From NCBI GenBank assembly GCA_963745235.1, contig CAVUXE010000053.1:96001-160000 (forward strand): a stretch of DNA of 64,000 nucleotides, given 5' to 3'. The translations under genes were made by a program, and so were the position numbers. The notes below the pieces were generated by a model that saw only the letters and a list, made by a program, of their open reading frames with translations, was not told the DNA's origin and did no database searches. Origin of the DNA: an uncultured Spirochaetota bacterium. Lineage in GTDB: Bacteria; Spirochaetota; Spirochaetia; SZUA-6; Fen-1364. Shown piece by piece: positions 19,421 to 30,115 of this stretch (position 1 is its first letter; each line of letters opens with the position of its first letter).

Positions 19421-20092
19421 ATGCATGGCACGCCGAGGTATGAAGCAAAGCCGATCCGGCTTTTCAAGTCCGATCTCCTGGAGCGCTTTTCCCACGTGCG
19501 GCCGACCACGGTGCTCGTCCTCTGGGCCCCGGTCGCCCTGTACTTCCTGGCCCAATCTCTCTGGCGCGCATCGGGGTACGTGACGGCGGCCCAGGCGGTG
19601 GGGCGAGTCCTTGTCGGCTGGTTCATCTGGACCCTTGTCGAGTATCTCCTGCACAGGTTCCTCTTCCACTATCACCCGAAGACGGAGAGATTCAAGCGCG
19701 TCTTCTTCCTGGCCCACGGCGTGCATCACGCGCAGCCCTTGTGCCGGACCCGGCTCGTCATGCCTCCCGTCATCAGCATCCCCCTCGGGCTGGCCTTTTT
19801 CGGCATCTTCCATCTCGTCTTCGGCGTGATCATTGCTCGCCCGCAATGGTTTTCACCGGTCTTCGCGGGGTTCATCATCGGCTACATCGTCTATGACGTG
19901 ATGCATTACACCCTGCACCATGCCAGGGGGAGGAACGCCTACCTCCTGATGTGCCGCCGGCAGCACATGCAGCACCACGGCGCCTGTCCCGGCATGCGAT
20001 TCGGCGTGAGCTCGCCCGTCTGGGACTACGTGTTTGGAACCATGCCGAAGGCGCCGGAAAAGAAAGGCGCGAGCCTTCCCGATATCTCGTAA
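19421..20092 (+). CDS. Fatty acid hydroxylase / sterol desaturase family membrane di-iron protein
   Basis: EYLLHRFLFH, HGVHH, RLVMPP, YDVMHYTLHH, HMQHH, FGVSSPVWDYVFGT. Confidence 0.9.
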   Translation: MHGTPRYEAKPIRLFKSDLLERFSHVRPTTVLVLWAPVALYFLAQSLWRASGYVTAAQAVGRVLVGWFIWTLVEYLLHRFLFHYHPKTERFKRVFFLAHGVHHAQPLCRTRLVMPPVISIPLGLAFFGIFHLVFGVIIARPQWFSPVFAGFIIGYIVYDVMHYTLHHARGRNAYLLMCRRQHMQHHGACPGMRFGVSSPVWDYVFGTMPKAPEKKGASLPDIS

Positions 20093-20815
20093 TTACAGGA
20101 CGGCGCGGAATGCGTCCGGCAGCGGGGAGACGACGCGAAGCTGCTTTGCCCCGACGGGATGTAGCAGCGTGATCCCGCTCGCGTGCAGATACATCCTCTG
20201 CGGGGCCTCAGGCGGCGCAGGCACTCCGTAAAGGGTATCCCCAAGGATTGGCAGGCCCACGTGCGAGAGGTGAGCCCGGACCTGGTGGCGAAAGCCTCTT
20301 TGCAGCGTCACCTCCACGAGCGCCCGACCGTCGCGGACCCGCTGGAGCCGCGCTTCGGTCACGTACACTGGCCGAGCCGTCTTGCTGAGGAGCCGCCTGT
20401 TCTTCTCCGCCGGCTCCACCACGCGAACCCTGCGCCGGCCCGGCCCGAACGGAGCGAACAGACTGCTGATTGTGATTGTCTCCCCCGGCGCCCTGCCGGG
20501 GGGACAGGCGCACGCGGCGCGGTATTCCTTGCGCGCTTCCCCGGAGGCGAACTGCGACCTCAGGGCCGCGAAGGCCGCCTCCGTGCGCGCAAACACGACG
20601 ACCCCCGAGGTTTCGTGGTCCAGCCGGTGCAGGAGCCCCGGCTCCGAAGGCTTCATTCCCGGCACGCCTCGGACCTCAGGGAATGCCGCAATCACGGCGG
20701 CAAGCAGCGTGCCCGGTTCCCCGGGGCGAAGCGGGGCGGTGTGGATGCCCGCCGGCTTGTCCACGATGATCAGTGCCTCATCCTCGTGCAGGACAGTGAG
20801 CCGTTCACCGACCAT
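20093..20815 (-). CDS. RluA-family RNA pseudouridine synthase
   Basis: DKPAG, HRLDHETSG (catalytic Asp), HQVRAHL, PILGDTLYG, LHA. Confidence 0.9.
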   Translation of the reverse strand: MVGERLTVLHEDEALIIVDKPAGIHTAPLRPGEPGTLLAAVIAAFPEVRGVPGMKPSEPGLLHRLDHETSGVVVFARTEAAFAALRSQFASGEARKEYRAACACPPGRAPGETITISSLFAPFGPGRRRVRVVEPAEKNRRLLSKTARPVYVTEARLQRVRDGRALVEVTLQRGFRHQVRAHLSHVGLPILGDTLYGVPAPPEAPQRMYLHASGITLLHPVGAKQLRVVSPLPDAFRAVL

Positions 20816-20819
20816 GGGT

Positions 20820-22037
20820 TCACTTGAACTGGCCGAGCAGCTTCTGCACGGCGGCAGCATCGTCCGCTATTGCCTGATTGGCCTGCTCCGCCGTGAGAGA
20901 GGGAGGCTTCCTTCCCGGGAACTCCTTCAAGGCGCGCGCCGCATCGGCCGCTCCGACGAAGTCCGCGATTGGTGTCACGGCCCGCAAGTCAGCCAGAGGT
21001 CCCTGGATCACGTAGCCGTCGAACAGGTCGGAAAGCGTGAGCGCGGTTCCCGCGCGCGCGTCGTGAGCGAAAGAGCCGGTGGTGACACGCAGCGCACCAA
21101 GCGGCGTGGAGGCCGTGTCGAATCCCGCGCTCTGGTCCGCGGGGGGAAGCGCCGCAATCAGGCTGTCGATGGCTCCGTCCGCCGCCCACGTGAGCCCCGT
21201 GGACGAGGTGGAATCCGGCCAGGGAGCGTGCAACGCAATGGAAAAAGCCCGGGCGCCGATCTGCGCAAAGACGATGTTTCCCGCGCGCCTGGTCTCCGGA
21301 AGGTGCAGGCTGGCGGCGCTTCTCTCATACTCCGCGTTTCGGAAGGCCGTGAACCCATGCGGCATCCCGCAGAAGATGAGACCTTTCTCCTGCTTTGCCA
21401 CCAGCTCCCTGTCAATGACCTCTGCCATGTGGGCGTCGGGAACCCCGTTGGCGAAAATGCGCGCAACCACCTTCGGGTCGCGCGCGTCCTTGTCCGTTAC
21501 CAGGTATTCCCAGTTCTGCCGCACGCTCAATCCCAGGACGCGGAACGGGGGGGACCCGCGGGGGAGCCCATGGTTGAGTTGCCAGGCCGCCTTGAAGATG
21601 TCCACGTATTCCTGGAACCCCCACGTAACGACCCAGTCGAAGATGATTGCGCGCGCCTTCGCCTCGTCCCAGGATTTCGCGTCGACAAGTGAATCTATCT
21701 CTTCCTGGTCGTCGGAGAGCGCATATTCGATTCCGAGAGTGCGGATCCCCGCTGCGTACAGTCCGGGTATGAGGGAGGAGACAAGCTGGACGTTCTGGCG
21801 GATCTTGTAGAACTCCCCCAGGAAAACGATGTCATGGGAGGCAAAGCGACCCACGATGTAGTCCTCGGGGGATACGTGGTGCGACTCAGCGAAGGCAACG
21901 AGCTCTGCCAGGGAAGATTGCGGGAGATCGGGTCTTTGCGTTCCCTTGGCGGCTCCCTTGAAGAGCTGCAAGGGATTGAAGAACAGGAACAGCGCTACGA
22001 CCGCGACCCCCGCAATGAGCATGGTGTCCCGTTTCAT
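20820..22037 (-). CDS. Membrane-anchored ChaN/EreA-like superfamily protein
   Basis: N-terminal TM helix; DIVFLGE, TLGIE, IFCGMPH. Confidence 0.6.
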   Translation of the reverse strand: MKRDTMLIAGVAVVALFLFFNPLQLFKGAAKGTQRPDLPQSSLAELVAFAESHHVSPEDYIVGRFASHDIVFLGEFYKIRQNVQLVSSLIPGLYAAGIRTLGIEYALSDDQEEIDSLVDAKSWDEAKARAIIFDWVVTWGFQEYVDIFKAAWQLNHGLPRGSPPFRVLGLSVRQNWEYLVTDKDARDPKVVARIFANGVPDAHMAEVIDRELVAKQEKGLIFCGMPHGFTAFRNAEYERSAASLHLPETRRAGNIVFAQIGARAFSIALHAPWPDSTSSTGLTWAADGAIDSLIAALPPADQSAGFDTASTPLGALRVTTGSFAHDARAGTALTLSDLFDGYVIQGPLADLRAVTPIADFVGAADAARALKEFPGRKPPSLTAEQANQAIADDAAAVQKLLGQFK

Positions 22038-22070
22038 GGGGGACACAATAGCCTCAGGGCCCGCGGGCGC

Positions 22071-23081
22071 CTATACCCCGACGGGCTCGGTGAACTCCTT
22101 CTGGTTGAGAAGCATCTTTGCGTACTGGGCCCGCGTGTATGCCCACGGGTCTTCCGAGTTTTGCGCGGACAGCTTCCCCCGGAAGCTGTCGAGGCCCGCG
22201 TACGACTTGCTTTCCATCCAGCGGTCCAGCTCCTCCCGCATCCCGGACAGTGACTTGACTCCGTTCCTGTACAGGCTCGTGACAACCTGCACCGCCACCG
22301 CGCCGGCAAGGATCATCTTCACGACGTCCCGGCCCGTCATGATACCGGTGCTCGCGCACACGTCCGCCTTCACTTTCCCGTGGAGCAGGCCGGCGAAGCG
22401 AAGGGGGAGGCGGTTGTCGGCCTGGGTGGAGAAGTTGAAGGGAAGCGCCATGGTCTCTGAGTCCGCGTTGATGTCCGGTTGGAACAGGCGGTTGAAGAGC
22501 ACGAGGCCGTTGACCTTCTCCGCGTCCAGCTGCGAGATGAAGTGCAGGGGGTTCGAGTAGAACATGCTGAGCTTGACGGCGAGGGGAATTGACACGGACT
22601 GCCTGATGGCGCGGACCGCATCCAGCTGTTCTTCCTCCACCTGTGACGAGGTGGTCTGGAAGTCCCGCGGCGTGGCGAAGAAGTTGAGCTCCAGCGCGTC
22701 AACGCCCTGGTCCGCGAGATGGCGCGCATACTCCACCCAGGTCTTCGGGTTGACGGCGTTCAGACTGGCAATGACGGGAACCCGTACGGCCTCCTTGGCT
22801 TTCTTGACCCACATGAGATGCTCTTTCGGCCCGGCGTGCTCGAGCTTCGGGAAGAGGCTCGTCATCTCGGCATAGAGGTTCTCCCCCGCGTGCGTGTCCT
22901 CTTCCAGCTTGTATCTCTCCAGCTGCACCTGCTCTTCGAAGAGGCTCTTCAGCACCAGGGCGCCGGCGCCCGCCTGCTCGATCCGCTTGATGCTGTCCAT
23001 GTTCGAGGTGAGGTCGCTCGCCCCCGCGATGATGGGATTCTCCAGTGTGAGCCCCATGAAACGGGTCGACAGATTGGCCAT
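22071..23081 (-). CDS. Dihydroorotate dehydrogenase-like flavoprotein
   Basis: LENPIIAGAS, GALVLKSLFEEQ, PVIASLN, LELN, LFNRLFQPDI, ASTGI; lacks the SCPN catalytic Cys. Confidence 0.85.
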   Translation of the reverse strand: MANLSTRFMGLTLENPIIAGASDLTSNMDSIKRIEQAGAGALVLKSLFEEQVQLERYKLEEDTHAGENLYAEMTSLFPKLEHAGPKEHLMWVKKAKEAVRVPVIASLNAVNPKTWVEYARHLADQGVDALELNFFATPRDFQTTSSQVEEEQLDAVRAIRQSVSIPLAVKLSMFYSNPLHFISQLDAEKVNGLVLFNRLFQPDINADSETMALPFNFSTQADNRLPLRFAGLLHGKVKADVCASTGIMTGRDVVKMILAGAVAVQVVTSLYRNGVKSLSGMREELDRWMESKSYAGLDSFRGKLSAQNSEDPWAYTRAQYAKMLLNQKEFTEPVGV

Positions 23082-23137
23082 TGGGTTCTCCTTTTCCTCA
23101 ATGTAATCAATGTAATCAATTTTCCCCACCGCGCCAT

Positions 23138-24220
23138 TCAGCGCTTGCGGCGGAGGCTCCCATCGCAGATCTCGTTCAGGATTCGAGCATGTTCATCCGG
23201 GACAGGGAGTGACGTGATGATCCCGCGCGCCTCCGCGGCAAGCCCCTCCGTGAGCTCCTGCATGGTCCGCCGGGCGCCGAGGGCCTCGATGGCCTGCCGG
23301 ATCTCACTCGACTCCGCCAGGGAGAGGTCCGGTTTCCCGAAAAGGCCGGCAAGTCTGTGCCTCTGGGCCCCCCGGGCCCTCCGCAGCAGCTCGAGGAAAA
23401 GGAGGGTCTTCTTCCCCTCCCGGATGTCCGAGCCAACGGGCTTTCCCGTCTGGCTTTCGGATCCGAAAATGCCCATCTCGTCGTCCCGCACCTGGAAGAT
23501 CACGCCGAGTCTCTCACCGAGCTCACTGAGCCGCCGCTGCTCGGCCGGCGGAGCTCCCGCCATGAGCGCTCCGGCCATCAAGGGGAGGGAGAACGTGTAC
23601 CGGGCAGTCTTGTACAGGTAGAGGGCAAGCACGTCCTCCCGCGACGGGACCCTCTGCGACGCGGCGAATGCGAGGTCCTGCATCTGGGCAACCGCCACAT
23701 ACGTGAGCTCTCGGGAGATCAGGCCGATGAGAGATACGGTCCGCCGCGCCTCCATGGTGAGCCTGGCCAGCGCCTCGAGGGCCAGGAAGTAGCCGGCATC
23801 ACCGGCGCACGTCCCCATGGACCTCCCGAAGCCCGCCGGGTCAGAGGCGTGCGCGCGTTTGCCCGCCTGCTCGTACTGAGCAAAGATGGTCCTGTCCCCT
23901 CGCCGCAGGCGGTCGTTGTCCATGATGTCGTCGTGGATCAGGAGGGAGGAGTGCAGGATCTCGATTGCCGCGGCGGCCTGCAACACGTCGTGGGGCGTCG
24001 GGCGCGGTTTCCCCGCCCCGCGGCGTCGGGCGTGCATTTCCCATCCCAGGACCAGGAGCCCGCCGCGGATCATTTTCCCCTTGAGACAGAAGGCGAGGAA
24101 CCGTCCCACCATGTCCGGGCCCCACCCGTTGATGTGCGCGAGCTCCGCGCCGCGCAGCTCCAGCAGGCGGCGCAACTGGCGGGCGATCAAGGGCTTTTTC
24201 CGCGCGAAGTACGCGTGCAT
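23138..24220 (-). CDS. Polyprenyl diphosphate (GGPP-type) synthase
   Basis: GKMIRG, LIHDDIMDNDRLRRG (FARM), KTARYT, FQVRDD (SARM), DIREGKKT. Confidence 0.9.
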   Translation of the reverse strand: MHAYFARKKPLIARQLRRLLELRGAELAHINGWGPDMVGRFLAFCLKGKMIRGGLLVLGWEMHARRRGAGKPRPTPHDVLQAAAAIEILHSSLLIHDDIMDNDRLRRGDRTIFAQYEQAGKRAHASDPAGFGRSMGTCAGDAGYFLALEALARLTMEARRTVSLIGLISRELTYVAVAQMQDLAFAASQRVPSREDVLALYLYKTARYTFSLPLMAGALMAGAPPAEQRRLSELGERLGVIFQVRDDEMGIFGSESQTGKPVGSDIREGKKTLLFLELLRRARGAQRHRLAGLFGKPDLSLAESSEIRQAIEALGARRTMQELTEGLAAEARGIITSLPVPDEHARILNEICDGSLRRKR

Positions 24221-24255
24221 TCAGGGCTCCCCCGGTGCAGGGCCGGGCAGCTCCC

Positions 24256-25596
24256 TCAACGGGGTCGTGCGATGACCTCCGCGAGGGCCTTCTTCTCAGC
24301 GAGCTCGGCTTTCAGCATTTCCTCCCTCGCCTTGTTCACGTAGTTCCTGGCCTGGAAAGAATAGGTAAAGTTCGTGTGGATGTCGTACGTTCCTTCCATG
24401 AGGGCGTGCGTGTCCTCGGTCATGACGAGCTCTTCATCCGTCGGAATGACGAAGACGCGCACCTTCGAGCCCGCCCCCGTTATTTCGGTCTCCGCGTTGC
24501 GCGTCATGGAGATTTCGTTCTTCTTCTTGTCCAGGACGATCCCCATCTCCTCCAGCCCTTCCAGGCACTTCTCTCGGGTGATGGGGCCTCTTTCCCCGAC
24601 TCCCGCCGTGAAAACCACGGCATCCACCCTGCCGAGCGCCGCGTAGTAGGCCCCGAGGTACTTCTTCAACCGGTAGCCCTCGAGGTCGATGGACAGCTGG
24701 CAGCGCTCGTCACCGGCGCAGGCGCCGGTCTCGATGTCCCGCCTGTCCGTGTACTTCCCCGTGATCCCAAGCACCCCGCTCTTGCGGTTCAGGATGCTTT
24801 CCATGGCCTCGGGACGGAGGCCTTCCTTGCGCATCACGTAGAAGCCGATGGTGGGGTCGTGGTCCCCCGCGCGCGTGCCCATGACGAGCCCCTCCAGCGG
24901 GGTGAAGCCCATGGATGTGTCCAGGGAGACTCCGTTTTTCACGGCGTTCGCGCTGGAGCCATTGCCGATGTGGAAGCACACGAGGTTCGTAGCGAACGGG
25001 TTTTTCCCCAGGAGGACCGCGGCCCTCTTGGAGACATAGAGAAAGGAGGTGCCGTGGAAACCGTAGCGGCGCACCCGGTAGTTTTCGTACCACGAATACG
25101 GCAGCGCGTACATGAACGACGTTGTCGGCATTGTCTGGTGCCATGCCGTGTCCATGACGGCGCAATGCGGCACGTTGGGGAGCACCTCGCGCGCTGCCTC
25201 GATGCCGGTGATGTTGGGCGGGTTGTGCAGGGGTGCCAGGTCGGACAGCTCACGGAAGGTCGCCAGCGCGTGCTCGTCAATGATCACCGACTTGGCGAAC
25301 TTGTCTCCCCCGTGCACCACGCGGTGGCCCACCGCCTTGATGTCGGAGAGGCTCGTGATGGCCCCCACGTCGGGGTCCAGCAGCGTCTTCACGATCAGCT
25401 CGATTGCCTCCTTGTGGTTGGGGCAGTCGTGCTCCCGCTTGATCTTCTTTCCGATCCTCCTTGCGTAGTGGCTGATGAACGACCCGCCGACGGTAACGCG
25501 TTCGACGATACCTTGCGCAAGGACGTCGCGCTCTTCCCAGCGATAGAGCTGATACTTGAGCGACGAGCTGCCGCAGTTGAGGGTCAAAATGTCCAT
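24256..25596 (-). CDS. ackA: Acetate kinase
   Basis: [53 protein letters not shown]. Confidence 0.97.
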   Translation of the reverse strand: MDILTLNCGSSSLKYQLYRWEERDVLAQGIVERVTVGGSFISHYARRIGKKIKREHDCPNHKEAIELIVKTLLDPDVGAITSLSDIKAVGHRVVHGGDKFAKSVIIDEHALATFRELSDLAPLHNPPNITGIEAAREVLPNVPHCAVMDTAWHQTMPTTSFMYALPYSWYENYRVRRYGFHGTSFLYVSKRAAVLLGKNPFATNLVCFHIGNGSSANAVKNGVSLDTSMGFTPLEGLVMGTRAGDHDPTIGFYVMRKEGLRPEAMESILNRKSGVLGITGKYTDRRDIETGACAGDERCQLSIDLEGYRLKKYLGAYYAALGRVDAVVFTAGVGERGPITREKCLEGLEEMGIVLDKKKNEISMTRNAETEITGAGSKVRVFVIPTDEELVMTEDTHALMEGTYDIHTNFTYSFQARNYVNKAREEMLKAELAEKKALAEVIARPR

Positions 25597-25790
25597 TGGA
25601 TGTTCCCTTTCATTCGCGGCAAGCCGCCCGCGCCGGGCCGGGCCGCGCACTCAGCATCCTGAGTGATATCCGCAATGCGTTCTCAGGTCAAGCCGACGGG
25701 CAAACGAAGCAAACGACAGACCTGCAAACGCCTTCGAAGCGCAAGCGCCACCGGCACAAGCGTCGGGTCGCGCGTCCTGTATTCCTATCG

Positions 25791-27118
25791 ATGCTCGCTC
25801 TCCGCGTGTGCGCTGTCCTCTCGCTGTGCTGCTCCGCCGCGAGCGCCGCCCCTGTCTCCGTGAATGTCTCCTCCGCGTACAGCGTCGGAGAGGATTTGAC
25901 TCTGCGTTGTGATCTTCGCGTGCCGGACTACCGATTTGCCATGGCCGGGTCGTGGCAGGACGGGAGCTCCTTTCCGAGGCTCCTGGCGGGTGTATCGTCT
26001 TCCTGGCTCAGAATCGGGCCGCTGTCACCCGCGGGGGCTCTCCGGGAGGCCTCTCACCCCCTGGGATTCCAGGCGGGAAGCGACGTATTCGTCCAACGGA
26101 CAGGGTTTGTCCTGGACGCCTCGTTTCCCGCGCAACCTTCGGGCATCCTCCTCATGCCTCTGGCGGGGACACTCGGGGTCTTCGCTCGGGAGCTTTCGAC
26201 CGGCGGAGAATGGGTGGGCTGCATGGCCAGCGTGCTTCAGATCCCGGGGGTCGGTTTGGAGGGTTTTGTCTCCCTCTCCGGGCCTCCCCGGGAATCCATG
26301 GGAGAAGAGTGGATCACGGAGTGTGCACCGTTTGCCGGCGGGAGAATACTCTCCGGCGCCGCGCGGCTCCTTGCGGACTGCCCGCCTTTCAGCATGACGG
26401 CGACGTTCGGCGCCTCCCGGGGAGAAATGTCCTTGCCCGGGAGTTTCATCCATGTGCACCTTGCGGCGCGCACAGGGGCTCTCAGTTTTTTTCTTCTCCT
26501 GGCCAGGGCGGACGGCACCTACACGTCACCATCAGGGGACCGCCCGCCAGAGGAAAGCCTTGTTTCCACGGCTCTCCAGGTGGCTGACGCCGGGGGGAGG
26601 TGGACGTTCGCATTTCCCATGCCATCCGCCAGCCTTCGTTCACACCAGGTCTCTTCCTGGCGGGCAGAACTGAGGCAAGCCTGGCAGCGGAGAAAAGCAT
26701 GGCGGCTGGCAATCAGGCTCTCGTGTCCGTCCGGGTGGAGGGGAGCAGCATTATTCATGAGGAAACAGACGGAGGGCGGGGCTCTGCCTCCCGCTGCGCC
26801 GCGACAACTGCCGTTCGCGTCTCACCGGTACGCCTGGAATCCGGTATCGCGTGCAGCCAGGGTGAAGGGCTTTCAGCGCGCTTCATGGCGGAAGCAGTGC
26901 TGGACCGTCGCGGTTCCCTCGCCAGCTTCGAAGGGACAGCCGACCACCTGGACGGAGGGGAACAGGATTTCTCCGCGCTTTGCTCGCTGCGCCTCGGGAG
27001 GAAGAGCTTTCGGGTGACCGTGAGCGCGGGTCTCGCCGAAGTGAGGTTCCGTGCGGTGCGTGAGGATTTTCCGAAGGGATTGAAACTATCGATCCTGTGG
27101 GATTCCCGTTCACAGTGA
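25791..27118 (+). CDS. Secreted hypothetical protein, possibly beta-barrel; one -1 frameshift at ~26595 (G run)
   Basis: Signal peptide; beta-strand-like alternation; ORFs 25596-27017 and 26600-27118 join at GCCGGGGGGAG. Confidence 0.55.
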
Positions 27119-27144
27119 CCCGCCACTGTGTTCGCTGCCGGTTC

Positions 27145-28056
27145 TCACCATTCTCCTATGAGGAGCACCTCTCTCTCCAGATTCAATCCGAGCTTCTTCT
27201 GCACTTCCTCTTCTATCATAACAATCAGGGACCGGACCTCGTGAGCGGTGGCGCGGTCTGTATTGATGATGATGTTCCCGTGAAAAGGGGCAATCTGCGC
27301 GCCGCCAATTCTGCGTCCCTTCAGCCCCAGGGAGTCAATGATCTTGCCCGTGGGGGCCCCGAAATCCCGGTTGTTCTTGAACACGCTTCCGGCGCAGGGA
27401 TAGAGAAAGTGTCCTTTTCTCTCCCTGTCGGCGCGGTGCTCCGCCATGGCGGCGGAAACTGCTGATCTGTCTCCCGGCGCAAGGCGCATGCCGGCCCGGA
27501 GGATCACCCGGGAACCGGTCTGGAAGGGAGAGAGCTTGTAGGCCCACTGGGAAGGGTCAATCCTTTCGCGCCGGACCTCGCCCTGCTCGTCCAGGAACTC
27601 CACGTATTCGAGGATATCGCTTACCTGATGGTCGTAGCAGCGCGCGTTCATCCAGACAGCGCCGCCGAGGCTTCCCGGCAGGGAGTAGGCAAACTCCAGC
27701 CCTGAGAGGCCGCGCTCACGGGCAAACTCCGCCACCTCCGAGATCGGCGTGCCGCACAGAGCGGACACGAGCGTGCCCTCCGCCTCGCATCCCCTCATGC
27801 TGCCCAGGTCCATGACGACTCCCCTGATCCCCTTGTCGCCAACCAGGATGTTGGTTCCGCCGCCCAGGAGGAAGCAAGGCACGGAGTCACGGGCGCACGC
27901 CGTTGCAACACGAGCTGCCTCCGCGACGTCGCGCGGCACAAGATACAGGTCAGCCGGGCCGCCAATGGCAAAGCTGGTATGGCCGCTCATGGGCTCCCGG
28001 CTTCGCGAAATGCCTTCGATCTTGATTTTCCGTTCCAATTCCCGTACTGTTGCCAC
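27145..28056 (-). CDS. murB: UDP-N-acetylenolpyruvoylglucosamine reductase
   Basis: HTSFAIGGPAD, GGGTNIL, PGSLGGAVWMNA, AGSVFKN, HGNIIIN, LEREV. Confidence 0.95.
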   Translation of the reverse strand: MATVRELERKIKIEGISRSREPMSGHTSFAIGGPADLYLVPRDVAEAARVATACARDSVPCFLLGGGTNILVGDKGIRGVVMDLGSMRGCEAEGTLVSALCGTPISEVAEFARERGLSGLEFAYSLPGSLGGAVWMNARCYDHQVSDILEYVEFLDEQGEVRRERIDPSQWAYKLSPFQTGSRVILRAGMRLAPGDRSAVSAAMAEHRADRERKGHFLYPCAGSVFKNNRDFGAPTGKIIDSLGLKGRRIGGAQIAPFHGNIIINTDRATAHEVRSLIVMIEEEVQKKLGLNLEREVLLIGEW

Positions 28057-28130
28057 GCGGTAAAATAGTAGCGGGCGTAGTGGCGAAGGTCTACACACAA
28101 TCGCCGGGCGTAATCCTTTGGAGGGCTCTG

Positions 28131-29582
28131 GTGGAGCTGAAACTCTTCAATACAATGGGCAGGCAGCTATCGACTTTCAATCCCATCCACGAAGGGAAGG
28201 TCGGAATGTATGCGTGCGGCCCGACCGTCTACAATTTCGCTCACATCGGAAACCTCCGCACCTACGTCTTCGAGGACATATTCCGCAAGACCCTCGAGTA
28301 TTGGGGATACAGCGTCAGGCACGTCATGAACGTGACGGATGTCGGACACCTCACCGGGGACACCGACGAGGGTGAGGACAAGATCGTGAAGAGCTCCCGT
28401 GAGATGGGCAAGACTGTCTGGGAGGTCGCTGAGTTTTACACGAAGGCCTTCTTTCGGGATTTCGGCCTGCTGCGCTGCGCAATGCCATCGGTGGTGTGCA
28501 AGGCCACGGATCATATCCAGGAGATGATAGACCTGATCCGCAGGATCGAGGCCAGGGGCTTTACGTACTCCGCGGGCGGGAACCTCTATTTCGACATCAG
28601 CAAGTTCCCGGACTATGGGAAGCTTGCCCTCCTGGATCAGCAGGATCTACGGGCCGGGGCCCGGGTCGAAGTGGACCAGGGCAAGAGGAACCCGTTCGAC
28701 TTCGCGCTGTGGTTCACGAAATCAAAGTTCGAGCACCAGGCCATGCTGTGGGACTCCCCCTGGGGCCGGGGCTACCCGGGCTGGCACATCGAGTGCAGCG
28801 CCATGTCCATGAAGTATCTTGGCGAGCACTTCGATGTCCACTGCGGCGGCATAGATCACGTACCCGTCCACCATACCAACGAGATAGCCCAATCGGAGTC
28901 CGCCACTGGCCACACGTGGGTGAACTACTGGCTGCATGGGGAGTTTCTTCTCATGGGCCGGGACAAGATGGCAAAGTCCGCGGGGAACTTCCTGACCCTC
29001 TCCAGCCTGATCGAGAAGGGCTATCATCCCCTTGACTTTCGTTATTTCTGCCTGGGGGCGCACTATCGCACCCAGCTCATGTTCACATTCGACGGGCTGG
29101 ACGCTGCAAGAACGAGCCGTCTGGGGTTGATGGAAAGGATCGTGCAGCTCAGGGTTGAATCGCCCCAGGGACCGGTGCAGGCGGCCGGAAAAGCCCTGGA
29201 GTATCTGCGCGACTTCGAGACGCACGCGGCGGATGACTTGAACATGCCTCGCTGCCTCGCGGACATGTGGACCCTGCTCCGGGACCCAGAGGTTCCGGGT
29301 GGCATGAAGCTATCCCTGGTCCTCCGCATGGACCGTATCTTCGACCTTGGGCTCGACTCCGCGAAGGAAGAGGCACTGACGCTGGACGACGAGTCAAAGG
29401 CGCTCCTGGAAGAAAGGCGCCAGGCGCGCAGGGCGGGCAACTACAAGCGGGCAGATGAGATCCGTGCCGTGCTCAAGGCGCGCGGAATCGAGATCCAGGA
29501 CAGCCCGCAGGGCCAGAAGGTACGCTTTGCCGCTGGTCAAAGGGGAGAAAAAACTGTAACATCGGAAGACGACCGTTGTTAG
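28131..29582 (+). CDS. cysS: Cysteine--tRNA ligase
   Basis: CGPTVY, HIGN, PGWHIECSAM, HHTNEIAQ, KMAKS. Confidence 0.98.
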   Translation: MELKLFNTMGRQLSTFNPIHEGKVGMYACGPTVYNFAHIGNLRTYVFEDIFRKTLEYWGYSVRHVMNVTDVGHLTGDTDEGEDKIVKSSREMGKTVWEVAEFYTKAFFRDFGLLRCAMPSVVCKATDHIQEMIDLIRRIEARGFTYSAGGNLYFDISKFPDYGKLALLDQQDLRAGARVEVDQGKRNPFDFALWFTKSKFEHQAMLWDSPWGRGYPGWHIECSAMSMKYLGEHFDVHCGGIDHVPVHHTNEIAQSESATGHTWVNYWLHGEFLLMGRDKMAKSAGNFLTLSSLIEKGYHPLDFRYFCLGAHYRTQLMFTFDGLDAARTSRLGLMERIVQLRVESPQGPVQAAGKALEYLRDFETHAADDLNMPRCLADMWTLLRDPEVPGGMKLSLVLRMDRIFDLGLDSAKEEALTLDDESKALLEERRQARRAGNYKRADEIRAVLKARGIEIQDSPQGQKVRFAAGQRGEKTVTSEDDRC

Positions 29583-29584
29583 TA

Positions 29585-30115
29585 ATGAGTAGCACGGAGT
29601 ATGCGCGCCCACCGTCATTTGAAGCAGTCTATGAAACACTCTTCCCCATCATCTTTCGTGTATCGCTGCGAGTAACGGGCGACAGAGAGATCGCGGAGGA
29701 CCTCTGTCATGAAGCGTTCATAAAGCTTATGGAGCGTCCCAACCTTCTGCCTGACCTGAATCAGTGCAAGTTCTGGTTGATTCGCGTCGTAAAGAACCTT
29801 TCCCTCAACTATGAAAAGAGGAAGACCAGGGAGAAGGCGGCATATTCCAAGCTCAGCCGCCTGACCATGGGCGTCACGGAATCCAGCGAAAAGCAGCTCA
29901 TCCAGGAGGAGACCAGGTCTGCCGTCCAGAAGGCGCTCGACACTCTCCCCTACAACCTTCGCGCGCCCCTTGTCTTTCGTGAGTACGGAGACTTGAGCTA
30001 CAAGGAGATTGGTTCCATCCTCGGGATCAGTGAAAACAATGTAAAGGTGAGGATCTTTCGGGCCCGGGAGCATCTGGAAAAGGCGCTCATGGAAGGTGAC
30101 ATGTATGTGCCCTGA
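29585..30115 (+). CDS. ECF RNA polymerase sigma factor
   Basis: AEDLCHEAFIK, WLIRVVKN, LSYKEIG...NVKVRIFRAR. Confidence 0.95.
   Translation: MSSTEYARPPSFEAVYETLFPIIFRVSLRVTGDREIAEDLCHEAFIKLMERPNLLPDLNQCKFWLIRVVKNLSLNYEKRKTREKAAYSKLSRLTMGVTESSEKQLIQEETRSAVQKALDTLPYNLRAPLVFREYGDLSYKEIGSILGISENNVKVRIFRAREHLEKALMEGDMYVP

Noticed and set aside
24235-25662. Long antisense ORFs (here 475 aa; also 46673-48388, 14755-16374, 33227-34366)
   Set aside because: Shadow frames of well-supported genes, expected from GC-rich codon usage, with no motifs of their own
25690-25770. c-di-GMP-I riboswitch upstream of ackA/hypothetical (GGGCAAAC; GCAAACG x3)
   Set aside because: No GAAA-capped P2 stem or GCAAAGC/P3 elements follow; only a weak short repeat remains
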